64,000 nt of DNA from Candidatus Eiseniibacteriota bacterium (GTDB taxonomy: Bacteria; Eisenbacteria; RBG-16-71-46; CAZAMP01): the NCBI GenBank assembly GCA_965224245.1, contig OZ245046.1, positions 4,704,001-4,768,000 on the forward strand, given 5' to 3'. The translations under genes and the position numbers were made by a program. Shown here one piece after another: positions 1-9,360 of this stretch (position 1 is the first letter of the stretch; each line of letters opens with the position of its first letter). The notes beneath the pieces were generated by a model. That model was given only the letters and a program-made list of their open reading frames with translations, was not told the DNA's origin and did not search any database.

Positions 1-763
1 GGTCGACCTGACGAACATCCCGACCTCGATGAACACGCTCGACGCGGCCACCACCGTGGGCGCCTTCACCCACAACTCGTGGACCGACGCCGAGAACGAG
101 TACTGCTACACCGGCGACGAGGTCAGCGGCGGCCCGGTGACGATCGTGAACGTGTCGAACCCGAGCAACATCTCGGTCGTCGGCTCGTGGTCGAACCCGG
201 ACGACCCCACCGCGACGATGCACAACGTCGTCGGCAAGGGCGACTACCTGTACATCGGGTGGTACCACTCGGGGTTCATCGTGCTCGACATCTCCGATCG
301 CGAGAATCCGTTTCGCACCGCGTACTACGACACGTACGCCGGCACCGGCAGCGGGTATGACGGCGGCTGGGGCTGCTACGTCGACGCGCCCTCGGGCAAC
401 ATCTACTACTCGGACATCAACAACGGCCTGTTCATCTTCGAGGTGGATCTCGGCATCGTGTCGGTGCCGGGCGCGTCGACTTCCACACCGATCCATCTGT
501 CGCCGGCCGCGCCGAACCCGATGCTGACCGAGGCGCTGATCCAGTTCGAGCTGAACGTGACCACCGAGGCACGGCTCACCGTGTACGACGCCCGCGGACG
601 ATTCGTGCGCGATCTCATGGACGGGGCACTCGGGGCGGGACCGCACGCGGTCACCTGGGATGCCCGCGACGCGAGCGGCAAGGCCACTTCGCCGGGCGTC
701 TACTACGTCACGCTGACGTCGGACGGCACGCGGCAGACGCAGAAGATCGTCCGCGCCCGGTAG
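1..763 (+). CDS. 5'-truncated secreted protein, LVIVD/choice-of-anchor-B-like repeats with C-terminal FlgD-Ig/T9SS-like sorting domain
   Basis: Frame is open to the window start. Repeat-like motifs HNSW, HNVVGKGDYLYIGWYHSG and YYDTY...GGWG, then PNP...VYDARGRFVR...WDARD..G...SPGVYY...QKIVRAR tail. Confidence 0.7.
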   Translation, partial: VDLTNIPTSMNTLDAATTVGAFTHNSWTDAENEYCYTGDEVSGGPVTIVNVSNPSNISVVGSWSNPDDPTATMHNVVGKGDYLYIGWYHSGFIVLDISDRENPFRTAYYDTYAGTGSGYDGGWGCYVDAPSGNIYYSDINNGLFIFEVDLGIVSVPGASTSTPIHLSPAAPNPMLTEALIQFELNVTTEARLTVYDARGRFVRDLMDGALGAGPHAVTWDARDASGKATSPGVYYVTLTSDGTRQTQKIVRAR

Positions 764-1061
764 CCGGACCGATCGATCGCCGGAGGCCGGCCCATCGCCG
801 CGTCTCCGGCGCCTCAGTGCTCATTTCCGCGCGGCGTTCGCGGCCGCGCGAGCACTACCACGCGACAGGCGATGCTCGGGCATCGATCCTCCCTGGGAGT
901 GCTGCGTCTTCTCGCACGACGGGGGCTGACCGGGATGGGCCGTGTACCCGGGTACACTCCCGAGCCACGCCGCCCCGCGTCGACACCCCGAATGGCGCAG
1001 CCTCCCTTGCCTCGAGACTGCGACCCTTGTTCTGTCAGATCGATGCCGTGGAAAGCTCGCC

Positions 1062-2207
1062 TCAGACGAACCGGCCCGCCCACAGGTCGTCCAGGAAGTC
1101 CTCCACGGGCAGAATCTCGACGTCGCCGTCCAGCCGACGCCGCGGCTCGGTAGCCACGACGAGCATCCGATCGAGATCCAGCTCTTCTCGCAGGTACGCG
1201 AGCCCGCGAAGGTCGCGCGGCGAGACACGGGACTTGGCCTTGACCTCGATCGCGATTCGATCCCCGACGAGAAAGTCGACCTCGATCCGCGACCGCGATC
1301 GCCAGTACGTCAGCGGGAGATCGCTCCGGACGTAGTCGAGCCTCGCCCGGAGCTCGAGAAACACCAGGTGCTCGAGCGCTCGACCGAACGTCTCGGAGCC
1401 GGCCCGGATCTCCGAGCGCCCGAGGAGCGTGTTGGCAACCCCCACGTCGAAGAAGTAGAACTTCGACGTCGCCACCGGCTTTCGCTTGACGGTCTTGGTG
1501 TACGCCGGGAGAAGGTGACCGATCAGCGTGTCCTCCAGCACCTGGAAGTACTCGCGCACCGTGCGCGGCGGCACGCCGGCGTCGTTGCCGACCGACGTGA
1601 AGTTCACCTGCTCGCCGTTGCTGGCGCCGGCCACGTCGAGAAAGCGAGAGAAGCGCTCGACGGACCTCGTCAGTCCCTCGTCGCGGATTTCCTCCCGGAG
1701 ATACGTGCCGACGTAGGCCTTCAGGTCCTCGTGCGGGGCCGGCGAGTCGATCACCGCCGGCAGGCTGCCGTGGTTCAGCCGATCGAGGAGTCGTCCGCGA
1801 CCGAGCTCGGCGTGCACCAGCGGGTGCAGATGGGTGACCCACGCCCGCCCGGCGAGAAGGTTGGCCCCGCCGCGCTTCAGCTTCCGAGCGCTGCTGCCGG
1901 TGAGTACGAAGCGCAGACCCGGGTGCCGCTCGATCATGAGGTGCACCTCGTCGAGAAGTCCGGGCAGCTTCTGAATCTCGTCGATGACGACGAGCCGGGC
2001 GTCCGGCGGGAGCGTCTGACGGATGTACTCGTTTCGCGTGCTCAGCTCGCGGAACGTGTCCGCTTCGAGCAGGTCGAAGAAGATCGCGTCCGGAAAGCGG
2101 CGGCGCAACAGCGTGCTCTTTCCGGTCTGCCGGGCGCCGAACAGGAAGAGCGACCGGTGACGCAGGAGCGATTTCAGATCCAGCTCACGTTCGTACATGT
2201 GGCTCAT
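1062..2207 (-). CDS. AAA+ ATPase with C-terminal DUF4143/PD-(D/E)XK-like domain (AAA_14 family)
   Basis: Walker A GARQTGKS, Walker B VIDEIQ, LTGSS, KFYFFDVG, YWRS...EVDF...IAIEVK. Confidence 0.85.
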   Translation of the reverse strand: MSHMYERELDLKSLLRHRSLFLFGARQTGKSTLLRRRFPDAIFFDLLEADTFRELSTRNEYIRQTLPPDARLVVIDEIQKLPGLLDEVHLMIERHPGLRFVLTGSSARKLKRGGANLLAGRAWVTHLHPLVHAELGRGRLLDRLNHGSLPAVIDSPAPHEDLKAYVGTYLREEIRDEGLTRSVERFSRFLDVAGASNGEQVNFTSVGNDAGVPPRTVREYFQVLEDTLIGHLLPAYTKTVKRKPVATSKFYFFDVGVANTLLGRSEIRAGSETFGRALEHLVFLELRARLDYVRSDLPLTYWRSRSRIEVDFLVGDRIAIEVKAKSRVSPRDLRGLAYLREELDLDRMLVVATEPRRRLDGDVEILPVEDFLDDLWAGRFV

Positions 2208-2228
2208 TGTGCCCGAGAATTCTGCAAT

Positions 2229-2247
2229 TCCGCAATTGAGTTGCGGA
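2229..2247. promoter_or_regulatory. Inverted repeat, candidate operator upstream of the AAA+ gene
   Basis: TCCGCAA-TTGAG-TTGCGGA dyad ~20 bp upstream of the start; an extra half-site TCTGCAA lies at 2221-2227. Confidence 0.4.
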
Positions 2248-2376
2248 TTTTAACTAACTATCGGCAACGTTGCTGCGGATATGCAGACTCCGGCGGAGCC
2301 GTACCGAGCAGAGCTGGTCCAATTCTGGGTCCGGAAGACTCGGGCCTCGCAGTTGGGGACGTCGGGTTGGATAGTA

Positions 2377-2389
2377 TAATATATTGATT
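2377..2389 (-). promoter_or_regulatory. IHF-consensus site in an AT-rich patch
   Basis: Minus strand reads AATCAATATATTA, matching WATCAANNNNTTR. Confidence 0.35.
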
Positions 2390-2539
2390 CTAAATCGGTT
2401 ACAAGGACGATCGCGTTCTCGCCCGGCCCGGAAGACCGAGCCTCGACTGGCGGACCGGGGAGCCGCCGAACCACGACACGACCGCCGGCAGGATAGGTCC
2501 CACGACGGGCACCGGGCCGCCCAGCCTGCCGGCCCGCGA

Positions 2540-4453
2540 CTAGTTTTTCTTCGGCGCCTTCGCCGCCGCCGCCTCGGTCAGGATGTCCTGCATCCGCTCG
2601 ACGAGGCGGTGCGGATCGGACAGATACCCGTCGGCCAGCATCGCGCCCTCGAAGATCTGCTCCACCGCCTGGGTCAGAAACGGGTCGGACCGGTCGGCCT
2701 TCGCGATGCTCGACAGGTGCGCGATCATCGGGTGCTTGGGATTGATCTCGAGCGTCTTCTTGGGGAGCTCGTGGTCCTTGTTGATGATGCGCATGAGCTT
2801 GTCCATGCCGCCCGACGCCCCGTCCTCGCTGACGAGACACGCTGCCGAGCTCACGAGCCGCTCGGACGACTTCACGTCCTTCACGCGATCGCCCAGGATC
2901 TTCTTGAAGATCGACGCCAGGGAGATGACCTCGGAGTCGTCCAGCGCCTCGGTCTTCGCGGCGTCGGTGTCCGCCTCGACGTCCGGCAGCTCGGAGAGGT
3001 CGTCCGGGTTCACCTGATCGGCCGACTTCAGGGGCTTGTCCTGGTACGTGCCGATCCCGTTCAGCACGAACTCGTCGGCCAGGTCGTAGAGGTACAGGAC
3101 CTCGACACCCTTCTTCCGGAACAGCTCCAGCCGGGGATCCCGCGCGAGCGCGTCGTGCGAGGAGCCCGAGAGGTAATACACGGCCTTCTGATTCTCGGGC
3201 ATCCGCGCCACGTACTCGGCGAGCCCGACCAGCTCGTCACCGCTCTCGGAGGCCGAGCTGTTGAAGCGATAGAGCTCGTTCAGTCGCTCGGCGTTCGCGA
3301 AGTCCATGTGACCTTCCTTGAGCATGCGCCCGTAGGTGGTCCAGAACGCCGCGTACCCCGCCTCGTCGTCCTTGGCCAGCTTCGCGAACCGATCGAGGAG
3401 CCGCTTGGTCAAGACGTCGCGGATCTTGATCATGTAGCGGTTCTCCTGCAGCGACTCGCGCGAGATGTTCAGCGGCAGGTCCTCGGACTCCACGACGCCG
3501 CGCACGAAGCGCAGGTACTTGGGCAGGAGGTCCTGGTTCTCGGCGTCGATCAGCACGCGCTTCACGTAGAGGTGAAGGCTCACCTCCTGCTCGCCGAACC
3601 CGAGGATCTCCTGGCTGGTCTTCGGCACGAAGAGCAGGGCCGAGAACTGGATCGGGCTGTCCGCCGACGTGTGCAGGCGGCAGACCGGATCCTCGCTGTC
3701 GTTGGTCAGGAAGTGGAAGAACTCGTTGTACTCCTCGTCCTTCAGCTGCGAGGGCTGCTCGCGCCAGAGGGCCTTCGTCTTGTTCTGCCGCTCGTTCTCG
3801 ATGAAGATCGGGAACGGGACGAAGTTCGAGTACTTCCGGATGGCGTCCTCGATCACGTACTTCTCGGCGAAGCGCTCCTCGCCCTTGCGGAGGACAGCCT
3901 CCACGCGCGTGCCGCGCGGGATGTCCGGGTCGTCGAGGATCTCCAGCGTGTACGTGCCGAGACCGTCGCTGGTCCAGCGGACGGGCTTCGCGTCCCGACG
4001 CGCCGATCGCGTGGTCAGGATCACCTTCTCCGCCGCCATGAACACCGAGTAGAACCCGATCCCGAAGCGGCCGATCAGGCTCATGTCCTTCTTCGCGGCC
4101 TCGCCCATCTTCTCCAGGAACTCCGCCGCGCCGGACCTGGCGATCGTGCCGATGTTCTCCTTCAGCTCGTCGTCGGTCATCCCGACGCCGGTGTCGGTGA
4201 TGATGAAGACCTTCTCGTCGTCGCGCTCCTCGGTCTCGATCTTGATCTGGTGCGCCAGATCGTCGTTCACGATCTCGGTGCCCTGGACCTCGAGGAAACG
4301 CACCTTCTCCAGCGCGTCGGCAGCGTTCGAGATGAGCTCCCGGATGAAGATGTCCTTGGACGTGTAGACCGAGTGAACCAGGATATCGAGAAGCTGGGCG
4401 ATGCCGGCCTGGAACTGGTACTCGGTCGGCGTCGACTGAGTCTCGCTCGCCAT
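2540..4453 (-). CDS. htpG: Molecular chaperone HtpG (Hsp90)
   Basis: IFIRELISNAADA, DTGVGMT, NIGTIARSG, IGRFGIGFYS, LPLNISRE and LEINPKHP motifs. Confidence 0.97.
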   Translation of the reverse strand: MASETQSTPTEYQFQAGIAQLLDILVHSVYTSKDIFIRELISNAADALEKVRFLEVQGTEIVNDDLAHQIKIETEERDDEKVFIITDTGVGMTDDELKENIGTIARSGAAEFLEKMGEAAKKDMSLIGRFGIGFYSVFMAAEKVILTTRSARRDAKPVRWTSDGLGTYTLEILDDPDIPRGTRVEAVLRKGEERFAEKYVIEDAIRKYSNFVPFPIFIENERQNKTKALWREQPSQLKDEEYNEFFHFLTNDSEDPVCRLHTSADSPIQFSALLFVPKTSQEILGFGEQEVSLHLYVKRVLIDAENQDLLPKYLRFVRGVVESEDLPLNISRESLQENRYMIKIRDVLTKRLLDRFAKLAKDDEAGYAAFWTTYGRMLKEGHMDFANAERLNELYRFNSSASESGDELVGLAEYVARMPENQKAVYYLSGSSHDALARDPRLELFRKKGVEVLYLYDLADEFVLNGIGTYQDKPLKSADQVNPDDLSELPDVEADTDAAKTEALDDSEVISLASIFKKILGDRVKDVKSSERLVSSAACLVSEDGASGGMDKLMRIINKDHELPKKTLEINPKHPMIAHLSSIAKADRSDPFLTQAVEQIFEGAMLADGYLSDPHRLVERMQDILTEAAAAKAPKKN

Positions 4454-4531
4454 GGGTCGTCACCTCCGGAGTGTTCGTATCGCGCGTCGGCGCGGGGCGC
4501 CTGGCCCCGCCCGGGATTTCGTCGGCGCGGG

Positions 4532-4560
4532 ATTCTATCGGCTCGGGGCGCCGCTGCCAA
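4532..4560 (-). promoter_or_regulatory. sigma70-type promoter for htpG
   Basis: Minus strand TTGGCA-N17-TAGAAT, ~80 bp upstream of the ATG. No CIRCE element seen. Confidence 0.5.
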
Positions 4561-4581
4561 GCCGGGCCGTCGGGCCGGGCC

Positions 4582-5688
4582 TCATCGGCTCTGGATGCCG
4601 ATCGTGAGGCTCCAGAGATCGTAGCGCCGGACCGGCACGAGGCGCTGCAGGTTGTCGTCGTAGCGGAGCTCGAGCGTCACCGCGGTCCGCTCGCCGACGC
4701 GCCGTGACACGCCCGCTGCCACGCCGTAGGCCAGGAAGTCGTCGCGCGTACGCTGACCGGGGGGCACCTCGTACGGGAAGTCGACGTAGTCGGCGTACAC
4801 GGACGTCCAGCCCACGTAGCCGATCCCAAGCTGCACGTACGGCTCGGTCGGACCGGGCAGCGGCGACACCCGCCCCAGACCGGAGAGGCTGAACACCGAC
4901 TCGGTCCGACCCGGGCGCCACCAGCCCACCTCGACCCCCACGTCCACGTGGGGCCGCAGCGGGCGCAGGATGGCCAGGCGGCCGCCGCCGCCCCCGTCCG
5001 GCGCCCGGGGATCGGCGCTCGCGGCCGCGCCCATCTGGACGTGTAGCGTGCCGAGAGGACGATCCCCGCGCAGCGACGGCGGTGCGTCCGCGGGCGCGTC
5101 GTCCGGATAGACTCGCTCCCACCGTTCGGCCACCCCCCCGAACACCCAGCCCACGGCCCGCCCCCCGAGGTACCCCACACCGATGCCGAGGGGCACGAGC
5201 ACCCAGCAGCCCGATTCGTCGGCGATGCCGCTGCAGTAGAGCGCGACCAGCGTCGCGTACCCGCCGAGACCGATCGCGCCGGCGACCCCGAGCGTGCGTC
5301 CCGCTGATCGGGCCGCGGTGGTCCTAGCCCAGATGCCGTCGACGTCGTCGATGGAGAGGCGCATCGGCCGGCCGGCGCTCGCCGCGCTCCCCGCTCGCCA
5401 GTCGCGGAGCTCGAGGGCGTCCACGTCCCAGCGGATGACCGTGCCCTCGACGGTGTCCCCGTCGCGCAGCGAGGCGCGGACACGCCGTCCGGGAGCGACC
5501 TCCGCCCGCGTGGCGAGGTCGGGCACCTCCGCGAGGTCGGGGCTTTCGGCGAGGTCGGGGACCTCGGCGGTCCCGACCGCGGCGGCGACCGCCACGGGGA
5601 GTGCGAGCAGGACGGCGACGCACCGGAGCCGGTGCACGCCGGCGCGCGTGCGCGGGGCGGGGGAGGTTTTGCGACTGCGCTGCAGCAT
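4582..5688 (-). CDS. Hypothetical exported protein with C-terminal outer-membrane beta-barrel-like domain
   Basis: Signal-like segment, AE(V/S)PDL x3 repeat, Gly-rich hydrophobic hairpin and amphipathic beta strands (PYVQLGIGY, ELRYD, WSLTIGI). Start codon uncertain. Confidence 0.55.
   Translation of the reverse strand: MLQRSRKTSPAPRTRAGVHRLRCVAVLLALPVAVAAAVGTAEVPDLAESPDLAEVPDLATRAEVAPGRRVRASLRDGDTVEGTVIRWDVDALELRDWRAGSAASAGRPMRLSIDDVDGIWARTTAARSAGRTLGVAGAIGLGGYATLVALYCSGIADESGCWVLVPLGIGVGYLGGRAVGWVFGGVAERWERVYPDDAPADAPPSLRGDRPLGTLHVQMGAAASADPRAPDGGGGGRLAILRPLRPHVDVGVEVGWWRPGRTESVFSLSGLGRVSPLPGPTEPYVQLGIGYVGWTSVYADYVDFPYEVPPGQRTRDDFLAYGVAAGVSRRVGERTAVTLELRYDDNLQRLVPVRRYDLWSLTIGIQSR
5513..5566 (-). 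repeat. 18-bp tandem repeat x3 encoding AE(V/S)PDL
   Basis: gcgaggtcgggcacctcc / gcgaggtcggggctttcg / gcgaggtcggggacctcg on the + strand. Confidence 0.8.
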
Positions 5689-5824
5689 GGGCTCGGTCCT
5701 CGCGTCGACCCGGGGACACCTCACGATCCCACAATCCCGCTCCCGAGGTCTAGACATCGCCGCGGTGGCGAACGAAGATCGTCTCGACGTGCCCTCGACC
5801 CCACGCGCGGAAGGAACATCCGAC

Positions 5825-6556
5825 ATGACCCGACGATCGACCGCCCTGGGCGCGGCCCTGCTCGCGATCATCCCGAGCTCGGCGAGCGTGGCCGACACCG
5901 CCGTGCTGAACCCGATTCTCGACAACACGCTCTACGAGCGTCCCGACGGCGCGATCAGCAACGGCGCCGGCGACCACATGTTCTCCGGCACCGCCAACGA
6001 CGGCGAGGTCCGGCGTGCGGTGCTCACGTTCGACCTCTCGTCGATTCCGCCCGGCGCCACGGTCAGCTCGGTGTCCCTGGCGCTGACGATGACGCGCACG
6101 ACCGCCGGCACCGAGACGCACGACCTGCACCGGATGAGCGCGAGCTGGGGAGAGGGCAGCAGCGACGCCATTCGCCAGGAGGGCGCCGGTGCCCCGTCCG
6201 CCGACGGCGACGCCACGTGGATCCATCAGTTCTTTCCGGACGTGATGTGGTCGACCCCCGGCGGGTCGTTCGCGACACCGGTCTCGGCGTCGACCGACGT
6301 CGCGGACGACGGAACCTACGTCTGGAGCGGCGCGGGCCTGATCTCAGACGTGGTGATCTGGCTGAACGACCCGGACGAGAACTTCGGGTGGATCCTGATC
6401 GGCAACGAGTCCAACGAGCGGACCGCCAAGCGCTTCTCGACCAAGGACAATCCCAGCAACGCCCAGTGGCCCACGTTGACGATCGATTACACGCCGATGT
6501 CGCCCACCGTGCCCGATTCGTGGAGCGGCGTGAAGTCGCACTACGGCACGAGATAG
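5825..6556 (+). CDS. Secreted DNRLRE-domain (CBM96-like) protein
   Basis: Signal peptide, DNTLYE, RRAVLTFDLSSIPPGATVSSVSL, W..NFGWIL, PTLTIDY; C-terminal SWSGVKSHY. Confidence 0.7.
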   Translation: MTRRSTALGAALLAIIPSSASVADTAVLNPILDNTLYERPDGAISNGAGDHMFSGTANDGEVRRAVLTFDLSSIPPGATVSSVSLALTMTRTTAGTETHDLHRMSASWGEGSSDAIRQEGAGAPSADGDATWIHQFFPDVMWSTPGGSFATPVSASTDVADDGTYVWSGAGLISDVVIWLNDPDENFGWILIGNESNERTAKRFSTKDNPSNAQWPTLTIDYTPMSPTVPDSWSGVKSHYGTR

Positions 6557-6674
6557 GGACTCCCGAGCGCGATCACGCTTCCCGGGGCGCCGCGTGGCTT
6601 GCAATCGTGGCGCGACACGTCTGGCTGGCGCCCGAGCTCGCGCTGTTCGCGACGTCGCAGCGCCACTCGCGCCA

Positions 6675-8033
6675 TCAGGTGATCCGGTACTTCTCGATGC
6701 GATAGACGAGGACGTGACGGGGGATCCCCAGGTACTCCGCGGTTCGCGTGCGGTTGCCGCCATGCTTGGCCAGCGCGCGCACGATCACCTCGCGCTCGAG
6801 ATCCGGAAGCGACAGGCCGTCGTCCGGGAGTGTTCCGAGGAACTCCCGGCGCTCGGACTCTCCGTCGGTCGCGTCCGACGGCATCTCGAGTCCCAGGCCG
6901 ATCTCGTCGAGCACGTCGCCGTCTCGAAGCAGCACCATGCGCTGGCACAGGTTCGCGAGCTCACGCACGTTGCCCGGCCACGGCCGCTCCATGAGCTTGC
7001 GGATCAGCCCCGGGCTCGATCGCACCGCGGCGCCCTTGGCGTACGTTTGCACGAAGTGCTCCCAGAGCGCCGGGATGTCCTCTCGACGCTCCCGCAGCGG
7101 AGGGATGTGCACGGGGATGACGTTCAGCCGGTAGAACAGATCCTCGCGAAAGCGACCCGCCTTCACGCGACGCTCGAGGTCCGCGTTGGTGGCGGCCACG
7201 AGTCGGACGTCCACCGCGACCGGTTTTCGATCCCCGATCACGTCGACCTCTCCGGTCTCGATGACCCGCAGCAGCTTCGCCTGCAGGTCCTCGGGGAGAT
7301 CGGCGACCTCGTCCAGGAGCAACGTCCCGCCCGACGCTTGCATGAAGCGGCCCGGCTTGTCGCGAACCGCACCCGTGAACGCGCCTCGAACGTGTCCGAA
7401 CAGCTCGGACTCCATGAGATCTCTCGGGATCGCCGCACAGTTGACGGCGACGAAGGGACGCTCCCAGCGGTCCGAATGCGCGTGGAGCGTCTTGGCAACC
7501 ACCTCCTTGCCGACACCGCTCTCGCCGGTGATCAGCACGGTGGCATCGGTCGTCGCGATGCGGCGGATCTTCTGCACGACGCTCTCCATGACCGGTGACA
7601 CGTGGATGAGCTCGGTGCGGCGCGCGCTCTCCCGCAATCGGTGACGAAGGGTCCGGTTTTCGTCTCGCAAGCGCCTCCGCTCGAGCGCCTGGTCGATCGT
7701 CAGCTTCAGCTCGTCGCGGTTGTAGGGCTTGGTGACGTAGTCGTCCGCGCCGAGCTTCATGACCTCGACGGCGTCCTCGATCGTTCCGAACGCGGTCACC
7801 ACGATGACCGGCAGGTCGGCGTCGATCTCCTTCACGCGCCGCACCACGTCCACGCCCCCCATCCCGGGCATCTTCAGGTCCGTCAAGACGACGTCGGGCT
7901 CGAACGCCTTCAGCCCGGCGAGACCCCTCTCGCCGCTTTCGAACGATTCCACTTCGTGATCGAGCTCCTGGAGCGTGAATGTCAGGACCTCGCGGAAGCC
8001 CGCATCGTCGTCGATCAGGAGAATCCTAGCCAT
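6675..8033 (-). CDS. sigma54-dependent response regulator (NtrC/ZraR family)
   Basis: Receiver (LIDDD, DLKMP, TKP), GESGVGKE, ESELFGH..GAFTGA, WPGNVREL, C-terminal Fis HTH. Confidence 0.95.
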   Translation of the reverse strand: MARILLIDDDAGFREVLTFTLQELDHEVESFESGERGLAGLKAFEPDVVLTDLKMPGMGGVDVVRRVKEIDADLPVIVVTAFGTIEDAVEVMKLGADDYVTKPYNRDELKLTIDQALERRRLRDENRTLRHRLRESARRTELIHVSPVMESVVQKIRRIATTDATVLITGESGVGKEVVAKTLHAHSDRWERPFVAVNCAAIPRDLMESELFGHVRGAFTGAVRDKPGRFMQASGGTLLLDEVADLPEDLQAKLLRVIETGEVDVIGDRKPVAVDVRLVAATNADLERRVKAGRFREDLFYRLNVIPVHIPPLRERREDIPALWEHFVQTYAKGAAVRSSPGLIRKLMERPWPGNVRELANLCQRMVLLRDGDVLDEIGLGLEMPSDATDGESERREFLGTLPDDGLSLPDLEREVIVRALAKHGGNRTRTAEYLGIPRHVLVYRIEKYRIT

Positions 8034-9093
8034 TGCTTCCTCGAAGCGGGATGTCGACCTCCACCAGAGCGCCGCCGCCGTCGGCGTTGGCGAGTCGAAT
8101 CTCTCCGCCGTGCAGCTCGATGATTCGATGCGAGACCGCGAGCCCGAGGCCCGAGCCGTGCTCCCGGGTCGTGAAGAAAGGTGTGAAGGCGTTCTCCAGC
8201 TCCTCGCTCGTGAAGCCGCGCCCGGAGTCCTCGACGCGAAGAACGAATCGATCTACGGTCGCGCGACACGACACGCGAACGGACCCGCCGTACCCGGCCG
8301 CCTGACACGCGTTCAGGAGCACGTTCAGCACGACCTGGCGCAGCTGCTCGCGATCGCCGCGCACCTCCGGGAGACCGGGCGGCGGCGGCTCGATCCGCAG
8401 CCGGGCGGCCTGCCCCTCGGTCTGTCCCTCGAGCAGCGCCACGACGTCCTCGATCTCGGCGGACATGTCGAAGTCTTCCCGATCGAGCCGCCGCGGACGC
8501 GCGAACGTCAGGAATCGCGTGAGGACGTTGTTCAGACGCTCGGACTCGTCGAGGAGGATTCTGAGCATCCGGTGCTTTCGATGATCCGGGGGGAAGTCGT
8601 CCGCGAGAATCTCCGCCGACCCCTTGATCGAGGCCAGAGGGTTCCGGATCTCGTGCGCGAGCCCCGCGGACAGCCGGCCGACCGCGGCCAGCTTGGCGGC
8701 CGTCAACAGCTGGCTCTCGGTGCTGCGGAGCTGCTCGATGCTGGCCTGGAGCTCGCGCTGCGTGCGGGTGAGCCGCGACACCAGCGATCCGGTGATCAGG
8801 CCCACCGCCAGGTACAGCAGCATCTCGAGCAGCTTCTCGGTGTTGTTGGCGGGGTCGGTCGTGATGTGTCCGAACGCGTGCGGGAAGTACGCGATGCACA
8901 CCACCGCGGCGGCCAGCAGGCCGCCCCGGAAGCCGTGGAGAAACGCGGCCAGGATGATCGGCAGGTAGTACAGACGCCGGTAGATGTCGTGCAGATGGTG
9001 CTCGTGCGTGCCGGTGGCATAGTGGAGCATCGTGATGGCGGCGATGACGGCGTACACACCAAGCGTGTACGCGGTTGTGGGTCGCCATGTCAC
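8026..9093 (-). CDS. Membrane sensor histidine kinase with His-rich N-terminal TM region
   Basis: AHEIRNPL H-box, N-box, DSGRG, FFTT, GSGLGL; TM segments containing HYATGTHEHHLH. Overlaps the regulator start. Confidence 0.93.
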   Translation of the reverse strand: MTWRPTTAYTLGVYAVIAAITMLHYATGTHEHHLHDIYRRLYYLPIILAAFLHGFRGGLLAAAVVCIAYFPHAFGHITTDPANNTEKLLEMLLYLAVGLITGSLVSRLTRTQRELQASIEQLRSTESQLLTAAKLAAVGRLSAGLAHEIRNPLASIKGSAEILADDFPPDHRKHRMLRILLDESERLNNVLTRFLTFARPRRLDREDFDMSAEIEDVVALLEGQTEGQAARLRIEPPPPGLPEVRGDREQLRQVVLNVLLNACQAAGYGGSVRVSCRATVDRFVLRVEDSGRGFTSEELENAFTPFFTTREHGSGLGLAVSHRIIELHGGEIRLANADGGGALVEVDIPLRGSNG

Positions 9094-9137
9094 GGGACGC
9101 GGCCTCCGCCAAAGGACCTCGAGTTCATCCCCATTGA

Positions 9138-9189
9138 GCTGAAGAATATCCTACAGCGCGCGGAGCGATGCTGAGGAATATTCTCTACC
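9138..9189. promoter_or_regulatory. Tandem dyad sites, candidate enhancer (UAS) for the sigma54 regulator
   Basis: GCTGAAGAATATCCTACAGC (9138-9157) and GCTGAGGAATATTCTCTAC (from 9170), 32 bp apart. Confidence 0.55.
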
Positions 9190-9310
9190 GGGGAGTCGAC
9201 TGACCTCCAATCCGAGAACCTCAGCCCTGCCTCTCTCGAAACCGTAATGGACTGTAAAAAATAATACTTACGACCTTGGCGGGATCCCTGTCGGCCCCGG
9301 ACGGCGCTTC

Positions 9311-9326
9311 TGGCGCGATGATTGCG
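9311..9326 (+). promoter_or_regulatory. sigma54 (-24/-12) promoter of the metal-efflux operon
   Basis: TGGCGCGATGATTGCG = GG-N10-GC, upstream of GGAGGA RBS and GTG at 9361. Confidence 0.8.
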
Positions 9327-9360
9327 TGGGATGAGGACCATCTACCGGGAGGACGATGAC

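Noticed and set aside
2369-2395. dif/XerCD-like site (GGATAGTATAA-TATAT-TGATTCTAAAT)
   Set aside because: The spacer is 5 bp rather than 6 and both arms have several mismatches; an IHF-like AT tract explains it equally well.
5513-5566. Tandem repeats as a CRISPR array
   Set aside because: In-frame 18-bp coding repeats with no spacers and no cas genes.
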